The notes under the pieces are model-generated. The model was not told where the DNA came from. It did not search any database and saw nothing but the letters and a program-made list of their open reading frames with translations. A DNA stretch of 63,558 nucleotides, counting the filler, from Octopus bimaculoides (lineage: Eukaryota): assembly GCF_001194135.2 (NCBI RefSeq). It is 5 parts of 4 records of this genome, joined end to end, with 100 filler letters (N's around TTAATTAATTAA, not from the genome) between each part and the next. Parts side by side here need not be neighbours in the genome. Positions count along the whole stretch, not along the records: positions 1 to 24,614 come from NC_068983.1; 4 more parts are not named here. One strand, given 5' to 3'. This document shows positions 1 through 13,851 of this stretch, in pieces (the stretch's first letter is position 1; every line of letters begins with the position of its first letter). The position numbers and the translations under genes were made by a program.

Positions 1-172
1 ATTGCACTACTGGGTACTGCACACATTCTACGCAAAACACTTTCAATACAGTAACCATAAGAACACCACAGCAAACCACAGCACATACCCAAGGCGCACA
101 GAGCTGCGCTCGGTAGTGAAGTGAAAGCACGTTATAAAAATAAAACTACTGAATAATAATAATAATAATAAT
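1..172 (+). mobile_element. 3' end of an R4/Dong-like (RLE) non-LTR retrotransposon: ORF C-terminus, 3' UTR and (AAT)n tail/target
   Basis: 1-54 translates IALLGTAHILRKTLSIQ*, matching the LLGTAxILRK C-terminal motif of R4/Dong-clade ORFs. GCGCA/TGCGC hairpin at 94-109. Ends in (AAT)7 at 152-172. Confidence 0.7.
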
Positions 173-223
173 AACATCGAAAAATACCTTTGGAATGAGA
201 ACCCAAGTTCGAAATTTCCACAA

Positions 224-269
224 GACGCCTGATGAAGGCTGGAGGGTATATCAGCCGAAACGTCGTGTT
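224..269 (+). ncRNA. Minimal type I hammerhead ribozyme (family H1)
   Basis: Stem I GACGC 224-228 / GTGTT 265-269. Core CTGATGA 229-235 plus an extra A. Stem II GGCTG 237-241 / CAGCC 252-256. GAAA 257-260. Palindromic helix III ACGT 260-263. Predicted cleavage after GUC at 264. Confidence 0.75.
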
Positions 270-2363
270 AACAAACAAACAAGATGAGGACAAATATCTA
301 TCAAATGTAAATAATGTAAATAATATAAATAAAGTACCTTTAATGTTTTGATTTCCAGTGTACATTCCTGATTATCGAAGTTTTCATTTGTTGATAGCCA
401 TAAAGAATTAGGTTGATGTTTATGATAATGTGTCTGGATTGTCCATTGTGAAAGGAAATATATATTTAATTATACATTATGACAAAAAGTAAAACAAAAT
501 TATTTTAACACTTCATCTATATCCAGAAAGCTTTTATTTGATTATACGTTATTTTATCTAATTAATTGAAACTTTCCCAAGTTGTCGATTTTTCTTCTTT
601 AGTTATTATATATGTATGATACTCTCGTTGTTATTTGGAAATATAATTTGGTATATAAGCTGCATACGGAAATCAATTATTTAACGAACTGATAATTTAC
701 ATATTGTCTAATAATAAACTTTCGTTACCAATATAATGCTTTAACTCACTACGATCTTCTACGATATTCGAGTAACTGTAAATATAACAACGCTTGTTTC
801 CTTTATCTACGTATAGATTGTGCTTAACTGACATTAATTGTATTTGGTCTGGGATTGGATTAAGAAAAATAAAGAATTAAATCTATGAATTATAACATTT
901 CCTTCATAAAAACGCCCTTTGTCTTTAGCTCAAAATAAAAATACAAATGTATATCTGTTTCACTGATTTTTATTGAAATTTGACAGCATGTATTTAGTGC
1001 AGAATATCAATATTTGCTTGAGTAAAAAAGAAATGTGTTGATTACAAAGAGCACTATTGACTTTCATCAAAGTTAAGATACATCTAAACTGAGGAAGCCT
1101 CCTGGCGTGACAGACAACTGTAAAAGAGAGAAAATTAGGAAACGGTGCGGGTATAGCAATCTAATTCGTGTGGGTAGCATTTGCTAAATACAGTAATGAA
1201 CCTTTGCTAGTAGAAGATGAAAGTCTGAACACTCATAAGATGCATTAAGATCGTATGTATTATTATATATGGCTCAACAAATGAGGATTGAACAAAAAGG
1301 TGGTATACTGTACTTCAGTCTCCTCGACCATGCAAGGGTTGTAGAACTATAAAAGGAAACAATGAAGAACGTATGGTTAATTGGTTGAAAAGTTGTTTTT
1401 GAGTATATAGTATTTTTATGAAAGCTCCTCATTTTACACCAAACTTTAATTATAATTCTAACGTTTATTCAAGCAAATAATCAAGTTAAAGTGATTAAAG
1501 GAATTTCATTAATTAATATGTAACTCTCCATTAATCAACCTTTACTGTTAATTGATTAAAGAGCAACATTTTATACATTTGATATGTTGTCCAAGAATGA
1601 TGCCTCTAGCAACCATCATTAATGTATAGTTTCTATTGCAAAGTTATTTAACACTTACTGAATAAATTGATTAAAACTTTAAATTGCAATGGTATGAAAT
1701 AGTAGAAGGAAAACAGTCCTTTATATGATCTTTGATAGGTTATTCACGAACTCAAATACTGTATTTTTCCATTGATCCGTTGTATATCTTTCATTTGCAT
1801 GTCAGCAGTGGTCATCTAAAACTTAATGCCTACTCGTATAACCTAATAATTAACTTTGAAAACTTTAGCGGTCAATCTTGTTTTGCATATATTTTCTGAC
1901 CTACAATAGTTTTTCTTTATTTTGGAAAGTTTTACTATATTTATTTGCGTTCGTCTTTTCCCGCGTTTCAACAGTAATGAAGTAATTTACTTAATAACCA
2001 TTTGTATATAATAATTCCCATTTATAATAAAGCATTCATTCCATAAAACAAACCGAAAATGTCTAATCGGCTTGGATGAAGAAAAACTGCTACTCTGCTA
2101 ACATCCATTTTGTCAAACTGTGCCTACCCTAACTAACCAACTCCTCTTTACAAGTAGCACACTTTATTCAAGAACATTTTTCACTTACGTAGCATCTGTT
2201 TTGCTATCATTAATCAAAGTTGTTTGGACACTAATAACAAAACTGATGTGATATTATTATTGCTTAAAGTTTCTTTGCTACTTAACTGTAATTTACATAT
2301 TGCCTCTACTTCTCAACGAATCACTGTAGAAGCTAACGGTTGTTCAACCATCTCATGTCTATC

Positions 2364-2428
<65 letters not shown>

Positions 2429-2639
2429 CTTCAGTGCACACAATTTCTCTTGAGTCTTGCACTGACATGACATTGAGATTCTGATGATGTAGCCGAATCA
2501 TTTATCATTCTATATTGAATGCTACTACTGTGCATCCCCACACAACTATGCACTCAATGGGAACTTCGATTTTCAAAACACTTATTACTCTTCTCTTTGG
2601 TATTCAGATTATTCTGTTAAATATAATGCTTATTTATTT

Positions 2640-2820
2640 AATTCTCATGTTTTAATCATTCACCATCTCATAACTGTAAGATTTTGATAATGTGATTGTT
2701 TATTTTTGGACCGACATTTTAGAATAGATGTGAGAGTTCAGATCTGGCTGGTTTGAACATAAAAGAGGTAGATTATTGTTGCCGGATATGGCCGGTTTAA
2801 ATAACTAAAGTGTTAAACAT
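2640..2820 (-). mobile_element. piggyBac-type MITE, partial copy
   Basis: Similar by eye to the complete copies at 34381-34600 and 41201-41633 (cagatctggctggtttgaacataaaa...gccggatatggccggtttaaat). Confidence 0.6.
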
Positions 2821-4408
2821 TAGCTTACATCTATCTTCTGCAAGGTCGGGAGAAATCTCTTTAGCCTCCTATCTCCTACTTCAATCGGTTTCGAATAGCA
2901 ATCCATCAGCACCAAAACTTGATCCAAGCTTTCACCAGCTCACCAGCTCTGTACCGATTATCCTTAGCAGCAAAACCACGTCACATTTGAATAATTTTAG
3001 AAACAAAGCAGAAGATTGCGACTATTATATTGTACGTGTCTTTCCTTCACCAAATAACATGTTGTACATTTGATAACCTATTTACCTTTTATTCCTAGTT
3101 TGTTGACACCCTTCGTTTACTCATTACTACTTCGTACAAATCCAGCTTAGAACCTATTTGTACTGCTTTCATACACAACAACATCTGTAAAATCTTCCAA
3201 CGGACTCATACTAATGTTACTTACTTCAACTGCTTGGGGTATTTTGAAATAGCTTGGGCGCTGCACCTTCACTGAAAAGCTAAACAGAGATTACATAAAA
3301 TGCTATAAGACACTGGCTGATATTTAGCTCAAATTTGACTCAGGTCGATCAGTTGTTTCTAAGAAACATTCTAGCAAGGAAATTCTCGTCATTTCCTCAT
3401 AGACCTCACACTCCAGTATGTGCTCCCTTTTCTAAAACGTTAGGAATGAGGGTGATTTGGTGGTTACTACAAGTATTAAAAGCTAACTCAAACAGGGTTC
3501 AGTGCCGGTTCCACAAATTCTACAGTTGTTCCTTTAGTTGTTCTACCACAAGTCATCCTTGATGGAACATATCGGTGATGTAAGACCATGAACCATCCCA
3601 TAGTTTTGTATATCTATAACTTTAGCATACAGTATGCCTATTGTGCTTTCTTATGAACTTCGGGCGTTATTTGAGGTATGTAGATTGCTACTTCTAACAG
3701 ATTAAGTGATTACAGAAAGGCTCCATTATTGATTCGCAAACCGATATGTTTTCCGGAATTTAACTTTACAATCTCTATCACCGAATTTACTGAGTACCAA
3801 CAGAGCATATCCTAATTTCTATGAAGCCTATAAACTGGAAATCTTCTACAAACACCATCATGCCTAAGTCGTTTTATACCCAATAAGTGATTCAATCGTA
3901 TATCTATAGCTTTGACATAAATTACTCGTATCTTGATTCAACCACTATATCTGTGATGCAAGATACAGTACACTTATTTAAGATAAGTATTGCATAATAC
4001 GAAGAGGCGATTACAATAACTTCTAGACACTGCACAACATCATAAAATTCACAGCTAATATTTATTCAGTGGAAATTTCGTTTCACACAAATAGACAGCT
4101 TCACTAAAACAATTCACTATTGGGCTTATCAAAAATATAGAGCACCCATTCATATTCTCACACTTAATATTTCAATCTCACCATGTAACAGGCATGGCAA
4201 TCAGAATATATGTAAACAATATTAAATGAAAGGTTGTAGTCAGTAAAGCGTGCAGAAATAAAATATAGAATAGAGAGATGTCTCTTGGTGTATACAGAAA
4301 TAAATGTATTTATAAATAGGTGCACTTCTGGCCATGCCTTTTTAACAACTGCTGGCTCTACTTCTACCACTGCTGCTACTGATGCTATTGCTGCTGCTGC
4401 TGCTGCTG

Positions 4409-4450
<42 letters not shown>

Positions 4451-5049
4451 GGCTTTATTTTTCTTGTTTTTGAATGTTTTGTACTTGTCATAATGTAGCA
4501 CACTCAGTTTACTTGGGGTAGAAAGTAAGCCCTATTGAACGCCACCATCAACTTCGAACCAGGGTTCCGGCTCTGAATATTCTGCGTTTTATTATCGCAC
4601 CATTACCTTGTATTCTTTGTTGTAAAGACAAACAAAAGATCCAAACTCAATGCTAATTCATCTTCCTCTTCTCATTCATGCAAGGAAATTTCCTCGACCT
4701 AAATCCCACACATCACCCCTTACTCATACGCAAGCAGCACATCTTTTTCTCTTTGAGACACAGTTTTCCAACCCTAAACACAAACCATCAACGCTGTTGA
4801 GAATACACTCTTCTTAAATTTCACTCCAAAAGTTAGATTGTACGCATGCGTAGACAACTATTCCTGTATTGCTCGTTTTTCACCCAGATCGTTTTAGAAA
4901 TATCAAACTCTATTTACTCTGGCACGAAGTATACTTCCCTCAATCTTAAAAGATACCTACTAATTCCATCACTCTACAAATTTCTCAGGCCTTCAGAAAT
5001 TCTTTGAACGTGTATCTTCAGGCACTGAAATGATACATCTCACTTCTCA

Positions 5050-5800
5050 GTTTTGTCGCCCACACTCTCCTCTCTAAAAATTATGACCTATTTCTGCTAC
5101 AGATTAAATGATCCTTCATTCATTCTTAACCTCTCAACCTTCTTCAACCACACATCATTCAAAGATGACCAAGAAACGCCACATAAAACATTGTTTCGAC
5201 GAACGAAGACTTTGAACGCATCGTTCAGAGGATCCACGTCAGCCATGTGTTCTTTAAGATGAAAATAAACTCAACATTACCCACATTAAGAAAATACTAC
5301 TGCATCAAACTCCGTTAAATATGCGCGATTACTCACGGTCGCTCCAATTGCTGGGACCCACCACTACCGAACATCTCTCCTAATGAAAACATATTCTTAG
5401 CATAACTACGACTACATCCTAAATGTCTGCCTTTCTTTCTGGATCCTTAGAATATCTCAACCGCTAAATAGGGTAAATACATCCCTTAACCCCACCCAAA
5501 GGAGAACTGCTCCCATATCGGTAATGGTATTGCTGCTACGTAAGCATATATCTAAAACTGCATCCAGAGCAGAGCTACACAACAAACTGGCATCCAATCA
5601 TTAACAGACACGCTCCAGCCTCTGGTTCACAGCCATGTTTTTTGAGTCTATTGCAACTATAATGCTCTCGGTTCCCTGCATCTGGATAGTCTTGTACCTA
5701 TTCCAGCCAGGCATCCCAAATCGGTTCATCTCTTCACCTCTTGTCATCTTCAATGTTATAGACTTCCCTCCCATCTTGCGCTAGCCCCCCATGACCATTC
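5050..5800 (-). mobile_element. Highly decayed non-LTR retrotransposon fragment, possibly Tx1/L1-like
   Basis: Minus-strand peptide HLKEHMA...WLKKVERLRMNEG loosely resembles Tx1-type ORF2 C-termini. Many stops. Confidence 0.25.
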
Positions 5801-8800
5801 CTTCCACTCTAGAACGTCGGTTCCCTGGAATCTTGTTGTTCCTGCTTTTCTGCAGATCCAACATACAATATTTTTAACAGAATACTTAAGAAGCTCACAT
5901 ACTAATAGATCCTGCAAAGAGCGTGAGCCTTGCTCCTTCCTACAAATTAGGCAAGTTAAACAAATTAAGTTTTAAAGATAATACACGTACTTGGTATGTT
6001 CATAGACATACTATTCACTAGAGGGAAAATACATTCACATGTCTAGATTCTGAAGTTAAATCCAAACACTTGTTGTCTCCAGAAAGCACGGATTCAAAGT
6101 TAATGGCCTCCTTATATCATCAGATTGCTAACATGGTAATCATCTATATAAACCTCCATTTATACAGACACAGCATATTCACTGACATGCACCAAGTCTC
6201 CGACAAAGGCAACAGAAGTCTGGTATTAAATAGTTTAAGAGAATATACAACACAGCGAGGCAACGAGAGGGACACACATCATGTTGCTAACCAGCAAAAC
6301 GTAATGACCGAACACCCCACGATTAACACACCAGTATCTTTAAAAAAGATATGGACAATACGCAATTCAGTCTTAGACATTTTAAGAAAGACATAATTGT
6401 AATGGCTGGAATGTTTTGATTATAAAATATTCAATTGTATGAATAATATTGTTTTGTGCCAAACTAACTTTTATTTTTAGTATCTATAGTTCTTTCTAAA
6501 TTTATTTGGTGTACCCTGAACGACCATTTGCGGCTAGTTCAAAATATCAGTAATAACAGTGTGCAAGTGACGTATTTGAACCATAATGCCTACATATGAG
6601 ATGCCTTAAAAAGTATTTTCAAGTTCAGTTCCATAATGCATATTTCGCATCTTCACAGAATAGTTACAGCAACTGAACCGTTTTGGCATCAAAATAAAAT
6701 CTCTAAAATAACTTGAGTAAAGTTGCCTTAGAATGAAGTCACTTCGCACTATGTACCACTACATATGAAATGATACACACACACACGGACACATCTACAA
6801 AATTTAGAACACTACAGCAATACTATCTTAAGAATACTATTCGTTCCACCCAGTCCAGCCAATCCTCCCAGCAATCATATACCAGCGTCTATATAAGGAA
6901 AACTTGCATAGTGTGATCGACGATGAGTATACCAAGATATAATGGTCATGGTTGGAATGTTTTTGATCATATATGCGCTCCATCAGGTTTGATCTTACTA
7001 AACAACAATAGGCATAAAAAAACTTTGGGTGAAATAAGCAACAAATGTATAAATATATTGTACATTCAAATGTAAATCAGTGAAGGAGCATCTTAGCGGA
7101 TTCTTGAAATAGCAGTTAAATTCTTTTCAGTTAAACTTGATCGTCGTAAAAACGTGAGAAGTAACTGAGCAATATACTCCATGTTATACAGAACGACTGA
7201 ATGCTTACCAACAGAGCTTTGACCTTATGTCTACGTAAATAGAAATGATGTAGAAATCAACAACAATTCTGGAAATATGAAGCAGCATGCTCACGGTAGC
7301 CAATCTATTTTTTACCTATACTCAAACAAAAGGTCTCCTCTTTAATTGGCATTTCCTTAATCACCAACATTCTGTAACTAGTGGCTTCCCATTAGGTAAG
7401 ATGGACATTTTTATGCAGATCTTTTCTTACCGGTTACTTTTAAAGAGTTACAATTCGAAAATTAATATTAACTATTTCAACAATATTCACATGAATTTCG
7501 CAAATATCTGAGACAAGTTGTTGCTTATAAACTTAGAATTTTTCAGGCTATTAACCTCATCTAGTATTTGATCTGTAAAGATGTGATTAATAATCTGAAA
7601 AATAACATTTCACTAAATTGCTTTCCCTCTTCAATGTATACTAGCTCAAAATTAATGAGATCTATTATTCATATGAAACACAATTTATTGTACTTGCCTA
7701 TTTTTACTTACATACATGATATAACTACCTATTTAACCACATGTAGATATCAATACATTATCTACTTTTCTGCACACTACTAAGTCCTTAGCTTCTCATT
7801 CACTAAACGTCTGTGTTATCACCTGAGAAACTTTAACTGAACTGAAATTTTACGTTCTTCACTCAATTTATATCTCATTTTTCGCAAGAGCTATTTTCTA
7901 TTCCTCCACTATAACCTGAGCATTTCAGCATTTGAGGGACAAAGTTTATTTCGACGTAAAACTCTCGCACTATATGCAATATACGTGTAATTATCTCAAA
8001 CACACAATGCTGTTTACAACACGGTAGAACTTTGTTAAATACTGACAAAGATGAAAAAGTATACATACAAAAATAACTAGATATAATGCGCTAAATTTTT
8101 ACTAGAATAAATCAGAGATACACAATACAATGACATTCACAACACATGGTCACATCCTCTATATATCGAATAGAAATTTTACAATTCCCAATATTTAATT
8201 AGCAGCTTCGGGCTGATCTTGGGTTATTATTCATAGATAACATTCCCAAAGCTGCATGAACATAATGCATTCACAATGTATTCACAACATTCAACCAAAT
8301 TCAAGATTATACAGCATTAAATGCATCCTTCAGAATGGCTTATCTCCGTTAGATTTCCTAAAATATTTTAATTAATTACTTCAGATTGAACCAGAGTTAT
8401 TTTTCATTAACAACAACCCCCAAACGTAATATGTTTATTACACATTAATATTTGCAAATTGATGATTAAGCAGTATTAAAACTGTTTTAATTCAATGTAC
8501 TCTTGTTCCTAACAGAATCACTGATTGAATTTCATAAAACGTATTTCTTTATTATCACTCATGGAGATATGTGAACATTATGTTTTCTAATTAGAGGAAA
8601 CTGCTGAGCCAACAAGAATCATAATGTTTACGAGATCTATGTTTAATGACATGAATTCTTTGAATTTTGAAAACATTGCTTGTAATTTTACTTTCATATT
8701 TTTCATTCATGGTGGTGACTGGTAGGCGGGCAATTTAATATTCCTCTCTGCGTAGTACTTTTAACAAATGAAAGGCTGTAGCATGCTCGTTATTGTTGTA

Positions 8801-9211
8801 TAGTATATAATCAGACTTGGAACCAAGTCATCAATGCAATAGAAAGATTGAATGAAACATCTGTCGTGAGGTGTCTTGCAGATTCTAAGTTTGCACCGCG
8901 AGCAAACAAAATAAACGAAAGTGTTTTTTCACATTCCGTTGACTTACAAGAAAGAACAATTAAATCTCTTTCAAATAAGACCCTATAGATATAAAGCAAA
9001 TAGTAATAAGCTAAACACTTGATAGGCTACACATAACATAACAACAGATGGATACAAATACGGACACCTTTCATAGATCTCATTCGTCAGAAGTGAACTT
9101 GTGCTCAGCGTGAACAGTTACCATTAACATGTTATTTAAATGGTAAGTCTTTGGAAATTCTGCAGCATTTAGCAATGAGAATCACTCTCTTTCCCCTCTC
9201 TCCCTCCCTCC

Positions 9212-9263
<52 letters not shown>

Positions 9264-9531
9264 NNNNNNNNNNNNNNNNNNNNNNNNNNNNNNNNNNNNN
9301 NNNNNNNNNNNNNNNNNNNNNNNNNNNNNNNNNNNNNNNNNNNNNNNNNNNNNNNNNNNNNNNNNNNNNNNNNNNNNNNNNNNNNNNNNNNNNNNNNNNN
9401 NNNNNNNNNNNNNNNNNNNNNNNNNNNNNNNNNNNNNNNNNNNNNNNNNNNNNNNNNNNNNNNNNNNNNNNNNNNNNNNNNNNNNNNNNNNNNNNATATA
9501 TATATATATATACATACACATATATATGTAT

Positions 9532-10673
9532 ACTAGCTGGGGTACCCGGTAATTCTCCAGTTACTCCATTGAAATGCCTTATTACTCCAATATAAAAAAA
9601 GCAATGTCGTTATAACTGCCATAAAAGGTGTATTTTCGGTCGCGAAAAAGTACAAAAACTGTCAGCTGGAGGAGGGAGAGATTGTTGGAGGTTGGCGAGA
9701 AAGAATGTCGGAGGTTGGTGAGAGAGGTTGTCGGAGGTTGGCAAGAGACAAAGACATTCTGTTTAGCGAAGGCATCTGGGAAATATATAATTGCAGTCAT
9801 TCACAGAAAAAAAACTATTGTTTTACCGTGCGATAAGCGCTGCTGAAGTGAAATTTGGCAATCGAAGATGAAATCAACGCTATGCCTGCATGACGCCACT
9901 ACAAATACGTTGTGGAATAAAAAAAAAATATCTACTGTTATGGAAAAAGTGTAACTGTAAAAATGCAGGATTATCAGAGTAATGGGCATTCAAAAATGTA
10001 TGTATGTATAAAAATGTATGAATGAAGTCTTTAATGTATAAGATTGAAATTAAGGAGGTGCAATAATAATGGTTAGCAGTTCAAAACTGTGAGTAGTGCA
10101 TTGCAGAATTAGGTTGGCTGATCGTGAGAATCAAATATTGATCACTTCGCTAGAATCTGCAAGTGTTATGGGTTATTTCTCTTGGGTTGTTTAAATAAAA
10201 TATTAGTAATATGTAGTAGATAGAAGGATCCATTGGAAAGGCACTATTATCGATTTTTTCAGCAATCTAAGTGTCATGAGGTTTCTAGACATGAGTTCTA
10301 CTCACGTGCCAAAGTATAAAAGTGATATTGTCTGCAACAATTAGAAATAGGAAACACAAAAAATCAATATTCAAGGTAATCGAACATAAAGAAGGAAATA
10401 GGATTTTTCCCTTGAGTGTTTCAAAAAATTATTGTACAGAAGCTACGGGTTTTTTCCCTTGGGTGTTTAAAAAAAATTAGTTATATGAGGTAGATATAGA
10501 GCTCCCTTCCAGGGGCCGCAATATCGACTTTTTAAGAATATAAGTATGTCACGAGGTTTACAGACATAATTTCTACCCACGTGTAACGTTTCATCAAAAT
10601 CAATAAAACGATGTAGGAGGAGCTAGCTAACAACGCCACAAACAAACACCGATTTTCCACATATGTAGTAGAT
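9532..10673 (+). mobile_element. Candidate non-autonomous Helitron/Helentron-like element
   Basis: Starts ACTAGCTGGGGTACCCGG and ends ...tttcatcaaaatc...GTAGTAGAT, resembling the termini of non-autonomous invertebrate Helitrons. Diverged internal duplication near 10268-10320 and 10542-10595. Sits between TA-rich microsatellites. Confidence 0.4.
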
Positions 10674-10888
10674 ATACATGTGCGTATATATATGTATGTA
10701 CATATATATATATATATATATANNNNNNNNNNNNNNNNNNNNNNNNNNNNNNNNNNNNNNNNNNNNNNNNNNNNNNNNNNNNNNNNNNNNNNNNNNNNNN
10801 NNNNNNNNNNNNNNNNNNNNNNNNNNNNNNNNNNNNNNNNNNNNNNNNNNNNNNNNNNNNNNNNNNNNNNNNNNNNNNNNNNNNNNNN

Positions 10889-10928
<40 letters not shown>

Positions 10929-11239
10929 ATGTGTCTGTCTGTGTGTGAGTGTGTGTGTGTGTGTGAGTGTATGTGTGTGTGTGTGTATAAAAATATATGT
11001 GTACAAATATATGGTCTTTGTCAACTCCTTATGCAGAATCTGTCCACCTTATAGCATCTGATATGGCTTTTTAAACCAGACAATATATTGAAAAGACATC
11101 GATATAGATTTTATATCCGATTTCGACCATCAAGAGCTACTGTTCGGTTCTGTTCTTTGTGGATCTTCAAACATCTTTTGAGGCCCTCATTAGATTTACA
11201 GCCCTCATAGCACACACGGGATTGAAAGGTCTGCACTGA

Positions 11240-11700
11240 TATATCGGCAGAATAGTTGGCAGAGGTGTGTTTTTCATGGGTCCGCAAATAAGATTTGAGT
11301 CTAGCAAAAGAAAGGTATGATCTGTCACAAAGTGTGCACACAGAAAAGTCACTCAGTTTCACCTTCTTGATCGCAACAATCATCTTTACATCTCTCTTGA
11401 GTCTTGCATGTGTTATCCGGACCTCCTCCAACGCTTCACTCCACTCCACACTTTTGTTCGCCATCCAGCCCGATCCGAAGAAAGGGTTTCAATAGCTTTT
11501 TGGATCCATTCCAAATGACTTCATGGTAGTGTTTATGCCATCCTTAACCCTCTTTTTATGTTTACATTGATTGCGTTTCCCCTCTGCAGGCTCACCACAA
11601 AACAGCTGTTTAAGTGTGCGTTCATCTACGATTGTCCGGAGTTGCATTACTTGATTCACACAACGGTGATTATCAACGCCACCTATATAGCATACCAAAT
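11240..11700 (-). mobile_element. RTE-clade LINE 3' remnant with C-terminal C2H2-type zinc finger
   Basis: Two frames give KQLFCGEPAEGKR...KKRVKD...FGMDPKS and EEVRITHARLKR...CTLCDRSYLSFARLKSYLRTH. Confidence 0.8.
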
Positions 11701-12903
11701 TGCTAATCATTAGGCTACTTCCTACTGCTAGCTTTCTTTGATATCCGATCTGGTTTTTCCTCTAACTCGGTAGTAAGTGAAGTTTATTATATAATTCCCT
11801 CTTTCGTTGAACTTCTGAATGATAAGTACTCTACTATTGCTACCAGGTTTATCCTCTCAAGTCAGACATGACCCAATATCACTCGCGGTCTCCACCAACC
11901 CATATAACATATTCTTATCTAAAACAACACCCTACATCTTTTCACTTTACCAGATAAGTCAATCGTGGATAACACTACAATTCCTTATCAGTTAAAACTT
12001 ATCATTCGATTGCCTCCGTACCCTCCTCCAACCTATATCTTCAGAATACCCCTAAATATCTCTACCATCCTCCCTTTGTTCTTTAGCCTTAGCTAGCGAA
12101 GCCTAAGCCCGACCCTATGCCTTTATTTAAGCATATATTTTTCTTCACTTTTACTTTTTACTTCTTTTATTCTTTCTTTATTCCTCATACTTTATCTTCG
12201 ATCCTCTCCCCCCAGTTACCCACTTCTCTAAATCTACTATAGTAAAATATCACTACACCCCACTCTAGCCTACCAAAGAACCAGTCTAGCAGATTCTTAT
12301 CTCACCTAGGTTGCTGACCTTGAATATCATATTACACCCTTTCAGAACCTATATTCTTAACCTAACCCCATCCTCCAATGTCCGCAACGACCAACTCTGT
12401 TGGCCACTCTTCCATTTCATAGTTGGCCTCGAGAGACTTCAGTAACGTCCCTGCTGTATTCTTGGGATATTCTTTCTTTGTAAAATTATACTTCATCTGA
12501 CGTTTACGAGTTTTCTTTATAGAATAACGTTCTCATTCTTCTATAAAATCAAAAAACCGTAAGAAACAGTAGACAATTACACATCATGTTATTATTCCTT
12601 TGATTATAATACACCAAAGGAATTTACGACTTGTCGGACTCCCTAGAGTATACGAGCAACTTACATTTCAACATAACTCATGCTTTCGACAAGACTCTAG
12701 GTGCTAAATACTCATAAGGCTGTTTATCTTTGTACACCTCCGGAATATTCTATTTGACACTTACCAACCATAGGCCGGAACCACAGGTTTATCCAAACTT
12801 ACATGGTGCATATTTCTTCAAGTACCTGATTGTATCTGAATCCTTACTTTACTATATGCATGCGAGTTTGTGTGTGTGCGTGTGAGTGCGAGTGTGTATG
12901 TGT

Positions 12904-12948
<45 letters not shown>

Positions 12949-13812
12949 TGTGTGTGCATAGAACTGACACGACAGAAAGATAACAGAGGATACACACAGA
13001 GCAGCAGGCAGCCCGAGCCTCAATAGAAAATACGAATGGAACAGTAACGTCCACCACCACACCAAATGAGTAAAGACAGAAGGGAGGAGAAGAGAGAGAA
13101 GAAGAAATAGCAGTAAATAAAACCCAGATACAAAAAGGGTAATATACACACAATAGATATAATGAACATACCTGTGATGCATAAAAGAACTAGAGATAGA
13201 TGAATATNNNNNNNNNNNNNNNNNNNNNNNNNNNNNNNNNNNNNNNNNNNNNNNNNNNNNNNNNNNNNNNNNNNNNNNNNNNNNNNNNNNNNNNNNNNNN
13301 NNNNNNNNNNNNNNNNNNNNNNNNNNNNNNNNNNNNNNNNNNNNNNNNNNNNNNNNNNNNNNNNNNNNNNNNNNNNNNNNNNNNNNNNNNNNNNNNNNNN
13401 NNNNNNNNNNNNNNNNNNNNNNNNNNNNNNNNNNNNNNNNNNNNNNNNATATATAAAGGGCATGGATACAAGCAACATATGCGGCGAACCTCTACACGCA
13501 GAATTACTTAACGGAAGCTCGCAACAATATGAACACGACTAACAACGATAGCAGCAGCGGCAGTGACCAAGATGGCAATAACAACAACTACTACCACAAT
13601 GACAACTCCGTGAGCGAACACACAAACACAGAGAGGTACAGGTACTGTACCAAATTATTGGGTCCTACGACAGCAGCCGCATAATGGGGTGAGGGGATGG
13701 GGCTGAGGAGAAGGTCATACTGCTTCTAAGAACAACGACACACATACATGCACGCACGCACACACACACACACGCACACACGCACGCACACGCACTCTCT
13801 CACACACACACA

Positions 13813-13851
<39 letters not shown>

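Noticed and set aside
1080-1340. Possible Tc1 transposase trace (FVWVAFAKYSNEPLLVEDESLN)
   Set aside because: A single short weak motif with stops and no supporting neighbouring motifs.
5856-5922. Plus-strand exon-like segment with good splice sites (IQHTIFLTEYLRSSHTNRSCKE)
   Set aside because: No homology, and it lies among decayed retroelement sequence; chance is likely.
6070-6396. 108-aa plus-strand ORF
   Set aside because: No motif. The minus strand has traces of an APE endonuclease start (LSETW...IDDYHV...GG), so it is more likely antisense to a decayed LINE.
9060-9095. Hammerhead-like CTGACGA...GAAA on the minus strand
   Set aside because: Stem II is only 3 weak pairs, and neither helix III nor stem I can form.
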